IMG/VR virus record: IMGVR_UViG_3300046096_000179 | Location: 1 to 63,123 of that record | DNA: 63,123 nucleotides | Source: a virus | Taxonomy: Duplodnaviria > Heunggongvirae > Uroviricota > Caudoviricetes | Reading direction: 5' to 3' (one strand) | Part shown: positions 1 through 8,441 of the stretch, piece after piece | How positions within the stretch are numbered: the first letter of the stretch is position 1 | Layout of the letters: every line of letters begins with the position of its first letter | The notes under the pieces: model-generated | The model's input: only the letters and a program-made list of their open reading frames with translations | What the model was told of the DNA's origin: nothing | Databases searched by the model: none | Made by a program: the position numbers and the translations under genes

Positions 1-1
1 G

Positions 2-625
2 GTGATTATTGATAGACCCGTTACCGTATCTACTTCAACGACTGTTACTATTGCTTCTGGTGGTTCCGGTGGGGCATTCCCAAATGGCAACGGAACAAAC
101 GGCGGAACATCTACATTTGGCGCATTGTTGTCTGCTATAGGTGGCGGGTTTGGTGCTGGTGGCGGACAGTATGGAGTTTCTGGTGGATCGGGTGCTTCCG
201 GTGGTGGTGGCGGTGGGCATCAATCATCGTCTGGCGGTCCCGGTGGTGGGGCGGGTGGCATTGGTATCAATCGACCAATCACAAATATTGCTGGAGAAAT
301 TTATCAGCGATTTGGTGGGTCTGCTACATCTGGGCACCCAGGCGCGGCGGGTATAAACGATCTGGGCAACGGTTCACAAGAAACGTCTTTGGAACAATTT
401 GGAGGGGCTGGCGTAAACGGTTTCGGTGGGGGTGGTGGTGGCGGTCGGTATTATGGTATTAGCAGAGGTAGTTCTGGTGGTGGTAATGGAGCATCGTCGC
501 AGCCAACATTAACGGCTCCAGTTGCGGGTACAGCAAATACCGGTGGTGGTGGCGGCGGCGCATCTAACTCCTATGCAGGCGCAGCAGGTGGTTCCGGTTT
601 CTGCCGCGTGGTCTGGTTTGAGTAA
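2..625 (+). CDS. Glycine-rich tail-fibre-like protein (5' partial)
   Basis: ORF open at window edge; GGxGG repeats ending in G(F)CRVVWFE, a typical glycine-rich fibre C-terminus. Confidence 0.6.
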   Translation: MIIDRPVTVSTSTTVTIASGGSGGAFPNGNGTNGGTSTFGALLSAIGGGFGAGGGQYGVSGGSGASGGGGGGHQSSSGGPGGGAGGIGINRPITNIAGEIYQRFGGSATSGHPGAAGINDLGNGSQETSLEQFGGAGVNGFGGGGGGGRYYGISRGSSGGGNGASSQPTLTAPVAGTANTGGGGGGASNSYAGAAGGSGFCRVVWFE

Positions 626-636
626 GGAATAAAATC

Positions 637-1113
637 ATGCAATACGCACTAATCAAAAATGGCAGCGTTGTCAATACAATTGTAGCAGAACAAGAATTCA
701 TCGCATCTATTACTTCTGAATATGACCATATTGAGGCACTTGATACTCTCCATGAACAAGGTCTGAATATCGGTATGGGGTGGACTTGGAATGGTGAGTT
801 TCATGCTCCTGTCGTAATCCCTGTTGACCCTCCCGCCCCAGTTACTCAAACACGCCACATCACTCAATTGGCGTTCATGACACGTTTCACCGATGCCGAA
901 GCCATTGCGCTGGACTTGGCGTCTATTGGAGCCACTGTTGAGGCTGCTTCTATGCGACGTTATTTGGACAAAGTTAAAGTCGCCAAGCATATTGACCTTG
1001 ACCGACCGGATACTCGTGCTGGTGTGCAGATGCTGGAAACTATTGGTCTGTTGTCTGCCGGTCGCGCTCTGCAAATCTTGGACGCACCAATCGAGCCAAG
1101 CGAACGAGCATAA
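637..1113 (+). CDS. Hypothetical tail-fibre-associated protein
   Basis: AAGGAA RBS; MQYALIKNGSVVNTIV N-terminus of the kind found downstream of glycine-rich fibre genes. Confidence 0.55.
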   Translation: MQYALIKNGSVVNTIVAEQEFIASITSEYDHIEALDTLHEQGLNIGMGWTWNGEFHAPVVIPVDPPAPVTQTRHITQLAFMTRFTDAEAIALDLASIGATVEAASMRRYLDKVKVAKHIDLDRPDTRAGVQMLETIGLLSAGRALQILDAPIEPSERA

Positions 1114-1114
1114 A

Positions 1115-1327
1115 ATGCCAACAATCAATCTGTTGCCATCATCAGGAACCGGAACGTCAACCGAGACCATCATTGAGTTGGTTCCTGATGATATGACGGT
1201 ATCGGCGCTATCTGTTGATGTCACCGGAGTTGAGGATAAGTCACTGCTTATGTTTGATGCTGCACGATCAACATGGGTAACCACAAGAAACATAGAGAAT
1301 CATTTCATTAACGGAGGTCAATACTAA
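1115..1327 (+). CDS. Small virion-associated protein (70 aa) ending INGGQY
   Basis: ATG 1 nt after upstream stop and stop abutting next ATG; true start is internal to track ORF 893..1327. Confidence 0.6.
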   Translation: MPTINLLPSSGTGTSTETIIELVPDDMTVSALSVDVTGVEDKSLLMFDAARSTWVTTRNIENHFINGGQY

Positions 1328-3232
1328 ATGGCAACAATCAATCGAATTAAGCGCTCAGAGACAGCAGGCAATCCACCTACGCTGGCTCAGGGCGAACTGG
1401 CATACTCTGCACTGGCAGACAACGGAGCAAACGGCGGTGACCGTCTGTATATTGGTATGGGCACTGAGACTGCTGGCGATGCAGTCAATCATGTGGTCAT
1501 TGGTGGTAAATTCTTCACCGATAAGCTGGATCATGCCAATGGCGTGGTCACGGCTGATTCTGCCTTGGTGGTTGATTCCAGCAAGAAGCTGGATGAACTG
1601 AATGTTGATAACGTCACCATCAATGGTAATACCGTCTCTACGACCGATACCAATGGCGACCTGATTCTTGCTCCAAATGGAACGGGTAAGGCTGTCATCT
1701 CTGGTAATGCATTCCCTAATACTCAGGGTATTGCTGACCAGTATCTGAAGACCGATGGCGCTGGCGCTCTTTCTTGGGCTACCATTCCGTCCGGTTCGTT
1801 TACCATTGCTGGTGATACTGGCACTGACGTATTCACTACCGGCGAAACGCTGACCGTTGTTGGCGGGGCTGACCTGACTTCTGTTGTCACTGACAATACC
1901 ATCACAATCAATGCCGATGCATCGCTGGCTCGCCGTGCAGATGTCACCTATGTGGGTACGACTGAGATTGCGCTGAACCGTGCTTCTGGTTCTCAAGACC
2001 TGACCGGCATTACCGGATTGGTCTTGGATGGGTCCACTTCCGGCATCACAACCTTGGTTGCTTCTGCTGATGCTGGTGAGGAAACGATTACGCTTCCCGC
2101 TGCTACAGGTACTGTTGCTCTGACTAATCAGAAGCTTAATACCTTTGCCGCCACGTCATCCGCTGAATTGGCTGGTGTTATCTCCGATGAGACTGGATCT
2201 GGTGCTCTGGTGTTTGGGACGTCCCCAACACTGGTTACACCTAACATTGGTGCAGCCACTGCCGATTCTATCACCGGTTCCGGTGCCCTGATCATCACTG
2301 CTGGTGGTTCCGATGCAAACGTGACTCTGGCTCCAACCGGAACGGGCTCCGTTGATGTATCGAACAAGCGAATCAGTTCTGTTGCCGAACCAACTCAAGC
2401 AACCGATGCTGCAACAAAGTCCTATGTGGATTCCAAGGCATCCGGTCTTGACCCAAAGGAATCAGTCAAAGCAGCTACGACAACCAGCATCACCCTGATT
2501 GGTCTGCAGACCGTTGATGGTGTTGGTCTGAGTAACGGCGATCGCGTTTTGGTTAAGGATCAGGCAACTGCATCCGAAAACGGCATTTATGTTGCAGATA
2601 CCAATTCATGGGTTCGCTCCACGGATGCCAATGATTCCACCAAGGTCACCCCCGGTCTGTTTACATTTGTCGAGCAGGGCGATACTCAGGCCGATACCGG
2701 CTGGACACTGGCTACGGATGGCGTAATCAACCTGAATGTAACTGACCTGTCTTTCACGCAATTCTCCAGCGCCGGATCGGTTGTTGCTGGAGCCGGTCTG
2801 ACCAAGACGGGCAACACTCTGGACGTTGTTGTTGGTGGCGGCGTTGCTATCGTCGGTAACACTGTTCAACTGGATGCCACAGTTGCTGGCGGTGGCTTGA
2901 CACTGACCTCTGGTGTTCTGAATGTGGTTGGCACGACAGATCGAATTGCTGTTGCTGCCGATTCGATTGACATTGCATCTACCTATGTTGGTCAGGCATC
3001 CATCACCACGGTTGGTACTCTGACTGCCGGTGAGTTGGGTTCTGGCTTCACAACGGTTGCTGTTGCTCAGGGCGGTACCGGCGCAACTTCCTTGACTGCT
3101 CGCGGTGTTGTGATTGGTAACGGAACGTCTGCTGTGTCTACGGTGGTATCTGGAACCGATGGTTCTGTGCTGATGGCGGATGCTACCGGCAACCCATACT
3201 GGTCTAACGTCATTGATGGCGGCACTTATTGA
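1328..3232 (+). CDS. Tail-fibre/virion structural protein (634 aa)
   Basis: IKRS..G..P.L..GELA N-terminal motif; Thr/Gly/Ala-rich beta repeats; GDRVLVKDQ..ENGIY domain; IDGGTY C-terminus. Confidence 0.7.
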   Translation: MATINRIKRSETAGNPPTLAQGELAYSALADNGANGGDRLYIGMGTETAGDAVNHVVIGGKFFTDKLDHANGVVTADSALVVDSSKKLDELNVDNVTINGNTVSTTDTNGDLILAPNGTGKAVISGNAFPNTQGIADQYLKTDGAGALSWATIPSGSFTIAGDTGTDVFTTGETLTVVGGADLTSVVTDNTITINADASLARRADVTYVGTTEIALNRASGSQDLTGITGLVLDGSTSGITTLVASADAGEETITLPAATGTVALTNQKLNTFAATSSAELAGVISDETGSGALVFGTSPTLVTPNIGAATADSITGSGALIITAGGSDANVTLAPTGTGSVDVSNKRISSVAEPTQATDAATKSYVDSKASGLDPKESVKAATTTSITLIGLQTVDGVGLSNGDRVLVKDQATASENGIYVADTNSWVRSTDANDSTKVTPGLFTFVEQGDTQADTGWTLATDGVINLNVTDLSFTQFSSAGSVVAGAGLTKTGNTLDVVVGGGVAIVGNTVQLDATVAGGGLTLTSGVLNVVGTTDRIAVAADSIDIASTYVGQASITTVGTLTAGELGSGFTTVAVAQGGTGATSLTARGVVIGNGTSAVSTVVSGTDGSVLMADATGNPYWSNVIDGGTY

Positions 3233-3245
3233 TTACTGTCAATAG

Positions 3246-3252
3246 GTAAATA
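3246..3252 (+). promoter_or_regulatory. T4-type late promoter (GTAAATA)
   Basis: TAAATA core recurs upstream of structural genes throughout the window. Confidence 0.55.
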
Positions 3253-3259
3253 CATACAC

Positions 3260-3283
3260 AGGGGCTTCTTAGCCCCTTTTTCT
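3260..3283 (+). terminator. Rho-independent terminator-like hairpin
   Basis: AGGGGCT-TCTT-AGCCCCT followed by a T run. Confidence 0.6.
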
Positions 3284-3305
3284 TTCCTTATTAGGACATT
3301 CGATA

Positions 3306-3608
3306 ATGCCACAACAGGTTATCTTAAAGAAGTCATCGGTCACATCCAAGATTCCAACAATCGGAGACTTGGAATTCGGTGAACTTGCAATCAATTATGC
3401 AGACGGTCGCCTTTATTACAAGGATTCGACTGTTGCAATCAAATACTTCATCAATTCAGATCAGATAGCCGCTGCATATCAGCCAACATTGGTATCTGGG
3501 TCTAACATCAAAACGGTCAATGGTTTATCTCTGGTTGGCTCTGGAGATATCACTGTTGGTGGAGCATCAATCAGTGATGCAATGGCTGTTGCAATCGCAC
3601 TAGGGTAA
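3306..3608 (+). CDS. Small fibre-related virion protein (100 aa)
   Basis: ILKKSS...P..GDLEFGELAINYADGRLYYK, the same N-terminal motif as 1328..3232. Confidence 0.65.
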   Translation: MPQQVILKKSSVTSKIPTIGDLEFGELAINYADGRLYYKDSTVAIKYFINSDQIAAAYQPTLVSGSNIKTVNGLSLVGSGDITVGGASISDAMAVAIALG

Positions 3609-3613
3609 AGAAA

Positions 3614-4333
3614 ATGATCACATTGGCACTTGTATTGGAAGCCTTGGCTTATATCGGAATTGGGTTTGTTGGATTCCTCTTGTTTGCACATAATCCAATT
3701 ATCCCAACTATCAGAATCCTGATGCTTCCGATCCCAGACAAATTCAACTGCATTTTCTGTTTTTGGGGCGCATGGTTCCGTTCATTACTGACATTCATTC
3801 CAGACATTCTATCCCCAGTCATTGTTCCTATTGCCCTGTTGTTCACCAAGTGGGAAGATGACAAGTTACCATGGATTTTTTCTTGGTGGGATAATGATGC
3901 CAGTATCAATGGCGACGTCAGGACAGATGATTCGTCTGATGGTAAGGATGGATGGGGGCTCAGGCATGTTCCTGTTGAGGATACACCAGAAGCCAGAGCC
4001 ATGTGTTACTGGGCTAAAAACGCACACCCACGAAGTTTCAAGGCAAGGTATATCTGGTTGGGCTTGCGAAATCGTGCATCATACTTGTCAATGCTGCTGG
4101 GTAAAGATCACCCTCCGGTTGATGCTCAATTATGGGAATCGGGTAATGCCTACAGACCTGATTATACTGGATGGCGAGTTCACCGAATCGGGAATATCTG
4201 GCGTTATTTTGAAACGGTCAAGGTCGGACCTATATTCTTCCGGTTTCATTATGGCTACAAGATTCCCAAGATTCCTCATTCCAAGGTTGCCATGGTGACT
4301 GCCATTGCATTCTCATTCCAGAAGGCAGACTGA
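3614..4333 (+). CDS. Hypothetical membrane protein
   Basis: Hydrophobic N-terminal segments; Trp-rich WWDNDASINGD and YIWLGLRN motifs. Confidence 0.55.
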   Translation: MITLALVLEALAYIGIGFVGFLLFAHNPIIPTIRILMLPIPDKFNCIFCFWGAWFRSLLTFIPDILSPVIVPIALLFTKWEDDKLPWIFSWWDNDASINGDVRTDDSSDGKDGWGLRHVPVEDTPEARAMCYWAKNAHPRSFKARYIWLGLRNRASYLSMLLGKDHPPVDAQLWESGNAYRPDYTGWRVHRIGNIWRYFETVKVGPIFFRFHYGYKIPKIPHSKVAMVTAIAFSFQKAD

Positions 4334-4334
4334 T

Positions 4335-4676
4335 ATGGTCAAGTATAGAAACATTTTCATCTACCCACACTCTCCCTACTCTCAGGTCATTACGATCAAG
4401 AATCCAGACCAGACAGTAGATGATGTCACTGGATATACAGGCAGAATGTATCTGGCAAAGCATCATGAATCGGCCACCAAGTATGCGGTTGACCTGATCA
4501 TCGAAAATGCTGCTGGCGGGATGATGAAGGCATCATTGGCTCCCGAGTCAACTGCAATATTGCCGGTCGGAACCATGATGTATTCTGTTTTCGTCACCCC
4601 TCCCGGCGATGAAGAACGGCTGATTATGCAGGGGGCAGCGGTTATTGAACCTACCATCCACCCGGCGTTACCATAA
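4335..4676 (+). CDS. Hypothetical virion protein (possible BppU/baseplate-adaptor-like beta sandwich)
   Basis: DVTGYTGRMYL...G..YSVFV....RLIMQGAAVIEP pattern; ATG 1 nt after previous stop. Confidence 0.45.
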   Translation: MVKYRNIFIYPHSPYSQVITIKNPDQTVDDVTGYTGRMYLAKHHESATKYAVDLIIENAAGGMMKASLAPESTAILPVGTMMYSVFVTPPGDEERLIMQGAAVIEPTIHPALP

Positions 4677-6836
4677 TCCACTGGACTGTCTGACCTGCCA
4701 TACATCACCGTTGAATATGACGGTTTCTTCCTCTATTGCTGGCATTCCATCATCCAAGAATCCGATTGGGGCTAATTGCTCATCAAATTCCTCAATCTGC
4801 TTCTTGATGAATGCCTGCCTCAGTGAGAAGTCGAACAGTTCTCGGAACACAGCCTCCTGCACCAAGTAACCAAACATCACCAAGCACATAACCAAGTCAT
4901 CATGCTTGCCTTCTTCTGCCTTGTATGACGTTCCTGACCGGGTGAACGTGGAAAGTTCCTCCAGAATCTCATGGTCATTTATGATCAGGTGATCCGATTC
5001 AACCAATGTCTTTAGTTGGTCACACCCAATGGCCTTGGTTCTCTTGGTGGTTCTGATGCCCGGAGTCTTTTGCTTGCCACCAGCACCTTCCTTAATTTTG
5101 TCATTGACTGACATATAGACATTTTCATATTCCAAGTCATAGAAAAGAATATCAGCAACCTGCTGACCAAGGTCATTGGTTTCTATCAGGACAAAGGCAT
5201 CATTAAATCGTTTGGCGACTTTCATTATTACCTCTGGATACATCAGAGTGTTGATTGAGTTGCAGCTAAACTTGGCAACAATTTTATATGGCATCTGGTT
5301 GATATCAAATACCACAAAGGCCGATGAGTCCAAGTCAGCACCTCTGGCCGTATCGACTGTGATGACATAGTTCCCTCCGGGAGAATCTGTGGTCTTCTTG
5401 ATCGGGGGTTCAAATTCGGTGTAGTTTGGAAACAGAACATTTCCGGTCTTGTGTGGAATCTGAGCCAGCTTTCCGCCTGAGATTAGTGTATAGCTACTTC
5501 CTTGGAAAACACAGTTGTGATGGACAATTCCATCCGCAATGTATGAATTTGTTGGATTCTTTACGTTTACCGGATCATACAGAGTCGTAAACGAGTCCTC
5601 GGACGTTACACAAACAACTCTAACTCCATTAGACAGCTTTGTTGTTGGCTTTAGGGATTTTGCCTTGATGAAACCTTTGTTGGTTTTAACAAGATGATCT
5701 GTTGAACAAATCAGCGTCTTTCCGGTATTGACTGTGATCTGGACGTTGGTTTTCTTCTGCTTAACGGATATACCATCAAAATTACACCAGCCGTAATCGG
5801 TCATGATCTGATACTTGGAATCAGACGACATATCAATCAGTCGATATGCTTCTGTCATGGATGCGGAAATTTCCTTGTTTGTATTGGTGTCCTTTAATTG
5901 AATGATACTGTCCCCATGCAGGCATTCCACCTCTTGAGCAAACTTAACTGGTCCGAGAATGGAAAATTGTTCGTCTGCCCATGCTTGAGTTCTCTTTGGG
6001 TGCTGCTTCCAACTTGTATATACTGGGTGGAATCCATTAATCCCTTGTTCAGCCTCGACCCACATCTTGTAGAAATGATTCATACCATTTGGGGTGGACA
6101 CAATAATCATCTTGGATGATTCAGCAGAAGAAATCGTCGGGAATACAGATGCAATGAACTCATCCGCCAATCCGGGACGCAGGAATGCAAATTCGTCCAA
6201 TGCCAATAGGGAAATTGAGCTACCTCGAACAGCAGAGGCGGATGTGGCAGCGCATGATACCTTGGAGCCGTTCTCCAACATGAACGATGTCTTGTTCCAT
6301 TCCTTGACGCCCTGCTGAAGCCATTTTGGACACGCTTCGATGATGAATTGGACTCGGGAGAAAATGTCCTTGGCCGTATTCATCTTGTTTGCCAAGATCA
6401 TGGAGTTCTTAGAATCATTGAACAATGTATACCATGCAATATATCCAGCCAAGGTTGTGGAGTTGTGCGACAATATTCCGTTGGTGTAGTATCTATGGTC
6501 TTCAGAATCAACGGACAGATCATACATATTTTCGATGATTCCCGTATTTGCCACGGATTTCACCGACTCCAGCCCAACATCGGTATAAATTTTTTGACCC
6601 GGAATCAAGTCCTTGACGAAAACTTCCTCATGATCTGATGTGAATACAATGTGTGTATCCGCACAACCAAGCGAATACCCATTATCCAAGACCAATCGGT
6701 ATTTGGTATATTCTATGGTCTTATTGGCCGAAAGTATTGGTTGATACCCAGAATCCGTCAGAATTTCCCAATCAGAGACGTCAAACTTCTCTATAAACTT
6801 TCTCTCTACACCGTCAGATAATTTATTTTTGCCCAT
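4668..6836 (-). CDS. 17: Terminase large subunit, C-terminal part (starts with split-intein IntC; contains a second cis mini-intein)
   Basis: After SHN|STT: Walker B LALDEFAF, IIVSTPNGMNHFY, nuclease VDTARG..D.SAF and HDDLVM motifs of T4 gp17. Confidence 0.95.
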   Translation of the reverse strand: MGKNKLSDGVERKFIEKFDVSDWEILTDSGYQPILSANKTIEYTKYRLVLDNGYSLGCADTHIVFTSDHEEVFVKDLIPGQKIYTDVGLESVKSVANTGIIENMYDLSVDSEDHRYYTNGILSHNSTTLAGYIAWYTLFNDSKNSMILANKMNTAKDIFSRVQFIIEACPKWLQQGVKEWNKTSFMLENGSKVSCAATSASAVRGSSISLLALDEFAFLRPGLADEFIASVFPTISSAESSKMIIVSTPNGMNHFYKMWVEAEQGINGFHPVYTSWKQHPKRTQAWADEQFSILGPVKFAQEVECLHGDSIIQLKDTNTNKEISASMTEAYRLIDMSSDSKYQIMTDYGWCNFDGISVKQKKTNVQITVNTGKTLICSTDHLVKTNKGFIKAKSLKPTTKLSNGVRVVCVTSEDSFTTLYDPVNVKNPTNSYIADGIVHHNCVFQGSSYTLISGGKLAQIPHKTGNVLFPNYTEFEPPIKKTTDSPGGNYVITVDTARGADLDSSAFVVFDINQMPYKIVAKFSCNSINTLMYPEVIMKVAKRFNDAFVLIETNDLGQQVADILFYDLEYENVYMSVNDKIKEGAGGKQKTPGIRTTKRTKAIGCDQLKTLVESDHLIINDHEILEELSTFTRSGTSYKAEEGKHDDLVMCLVMFGYLVQEAVFRELFDFSLRQAFIKKQIEEFDEQLAPIGFLDDGMPAIEEETVIFNGDVWQVRQSSGLW
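5514..5924 (-). other. Cis mini-intein (137 aa) in TerL
   Basis: QEVE|CLHGDS ... block B CSTDHLV ... GIVHHN|CVFQGS; no endonuclease domain. Confidence 0.9.
6462..6836 (-). other. Split intein C-fragment (125 aa) of TerL
   Basis: Block B CADTHIV, block F MYDLSV, ends GILSHN followed by +1 Ser (STT of Walker A). Confidence 0.9.
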
Positions 6837-6846
6837 TCGTATTCTT

Positions 6847-7908
6847 CTAATATGTCGTTTTCTGATTTTGATTCAACGTAGTTTGCCAATTCATTGCCGA
6901 GACTCCCCTAAGAGTCTCGCTGAAACCAAATACGCCATGTTGCTCTGCTAGTGTGATTGTCTTATCGGAAAAATCGTGCTTGACCAAACATTCCAATTTG
7001 GCAATTAGGTCAAGATCGCCTTCCATTGTATATACAACCTCACAACCATCCATTTGCTTCTTGGTATATCGCTGGTCCATTCTGCGTGAAGTGATTCCAA
7101 ATTTCAGGAGGTCATTTGGAAGTGAGACCATATAGAACAGCCCCTTGATATTTACGTAAAGATCAGAGTCAATCAGACCGTAGTTGGTATTGATTGCTTT
7201 CCGGCGATTGATGTCTTGAATTTCCTCTGGGGATTTGGAGTTCATGACCCCAATCCATTTGCTCTGTCTCTCTTTCCAGATTCTGCGACCTTCTTTCTCA
7301 CCATGCTTCTTTATACAAACTTCCAGAGAAAATGTCCTCTGTCGGTCAGATAGTGCAAGTTCAGCTTCCCGTTGAGACATTCCTTTGGACAGATAGTATT
7401 CTATTCTTGTGGATTCATTTTGTGGATTTGCTGCCTTTGTTTCTTTAGCTGCATCAGCAGTTTCTCGAATTTTCTGAGCCTTTTCTTCCTCAGTCAACCC
7501 ATCGTATTTTAGGAATTTATCTGAGAACGCGGAAAATTTGCCTCCGTGTTGGTATCCGGGATTTTTCTCACCTTTTATTGAATCTTTCCGCGTCTGGCAT
7601 ATAACTTCAGCATTGTATTTTGCTTTATATTCATCTACAGTCAACCCATGTGTATATACGTGTCTGGCAATACTCGTTGCTTGCATCCCACATAATTTAC
7701 ACTCCACATATTCGTCTGGATGGGCATCTATAAATTTTGATATAGTCGATACTCGTCGCCGCTCATTTAATTTAATTTTCTGTGCCTGTTTATATGCTTC
7801 ATCAGCAACCATTGAACATTTGGCTGAGCACGTAACCCTTTTGTAGTTTCCAGTTGGTGACGTTAACACGCCCTCGCATATTTTGCAAGTTTTTTGAATT
7901 GGTTCCAT
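6847..7908 (-). CDS. Free-standing putative homing endonuclease between the TerL halves
   Basis: CKIC/CSAKC and CKLC..H..H Zn motifs; C-terminal FYMVSL...LKFGITSR GIY-YIG/T5orf172-like motif; GGAGA RBS. Confidence 0.65.
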   Translation of the reverse strand: MEPIQKTCKICEGVLTSPTGNYKRVTCSAKCSMVADEAYKQAQKIKLNERRRVSTISKFIDAHPDEYVECKLCGMQATSIARHVYTHGLTVDEYKAKYNAEVICQTRKDSIKGEKNPGYQHGGKFSAFSDKFLKYDGLTEEEKAQKIRETADAAKETKAANPQNESTRIEYYLSKGMSQREAELALSDRQRTFSLEVCIKKHGEKEGRRIWKERQSKWIGVMNSKSPEEIQDINRRKAINTNYGLIDSDLYVNIKGLFYMVSLPNDLLKFGITSRRMDQRYTKKQMDGCEVVYTMEGDLDLIAKLECLVKHDFSDKTITLAEQHGVFGFSETLRGVSAMNWQTTLNQNQKTTY

Positions 7909-7936
7909 AATAAATCTCCAAAATCAAGAGTTGTAA

Positions 7937-8317
7937 TTATACAACATCAGAATCCCTCTTTACCATGGAATGAAACTCAGCAGCGGAAATTTCCATTATT
8001 TCCCCGGTTTTTTTGTTCCTTATCGTGTATTTTGTGTCGCCTTCGTGACACTTGCCCATCTGCCGGGGTAACTTACCGACAGTTTTCCGATTCTCATGAA
8101 AAGACAGAATCAGTTCCTTCTGATACCCAAACAACTTAAATGGGACAACCCCATCATCCAATGAAATGATCCGACCATATACCTCCAAGAAATAAATTGG
8201 GTCTTTGGAGCACTTTTCATATTCAAGTATTTGATCCTGAGTAAACTGAATAGATTCCCCAACTTGCTTCAGATGTGGATTGTTCAGGTAACCCTTGGGT
8301 GTTTTTTGTATAGCCAT
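7937..8317 (-). CDS. 17: Terminase large subunit, N-terminal part fused to a short IntN
   Basis: YLNNPHLK..., DPIYF, PFKLFGYQ, LPRQMGK (Walker A) then CHEGDT... to a stop. Confidence 0.95.
   Translation of the reverse strand: MAIQKTPKGYLNNPHLKQVGESIQFTQDQILEYEKCSKDPIYFLEVYGRIISLDDGVVPFKLFGYQKELILSFHENRKTVGKLPRQMGKCHEGDTKYTIRNKKTGEIMEISAAEFHSMVKRDSDVV
7940..8050 (-). other. Split intein N-fragment (37 aa, atypical split)
   Basis: Cys1 immediately after RQMGK; block A-like CHEGDTKYTIRNKKTGEI. Confidence 0.85.
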
Positions 8318-8366
8318 AATGTTCTTTTAAGTAAAGTCGCCATGATTCAGATGGCATGGTGCAATT

Positions 8367-8403
8367 TACTTATTGGATGGCAGAAAACAAAAAAGCCTAA
8401 ATA
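8367..8403. promoter_or_regulatory. Divergent late promoters for terL (ATAAGTA, minus strand, 8367-8373) and gp18 (CTAAATA, plus strand, 8397-8403)
   Basis: Motif positions 40-50 nt upstream of each start codon. Confidence 0.55.
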
Positions 8404-8441
8404 TATAAACTAACTTTTTTACTTCATAAAGGAAGAATATC

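Noticed and set aside
6836-7937. Group I intron interrupting terL
   Set aside because: The gaps beside the endonuclease gene are only ~10 and ~28 nt, too short for a ribozyme core; the split intein explains the break.
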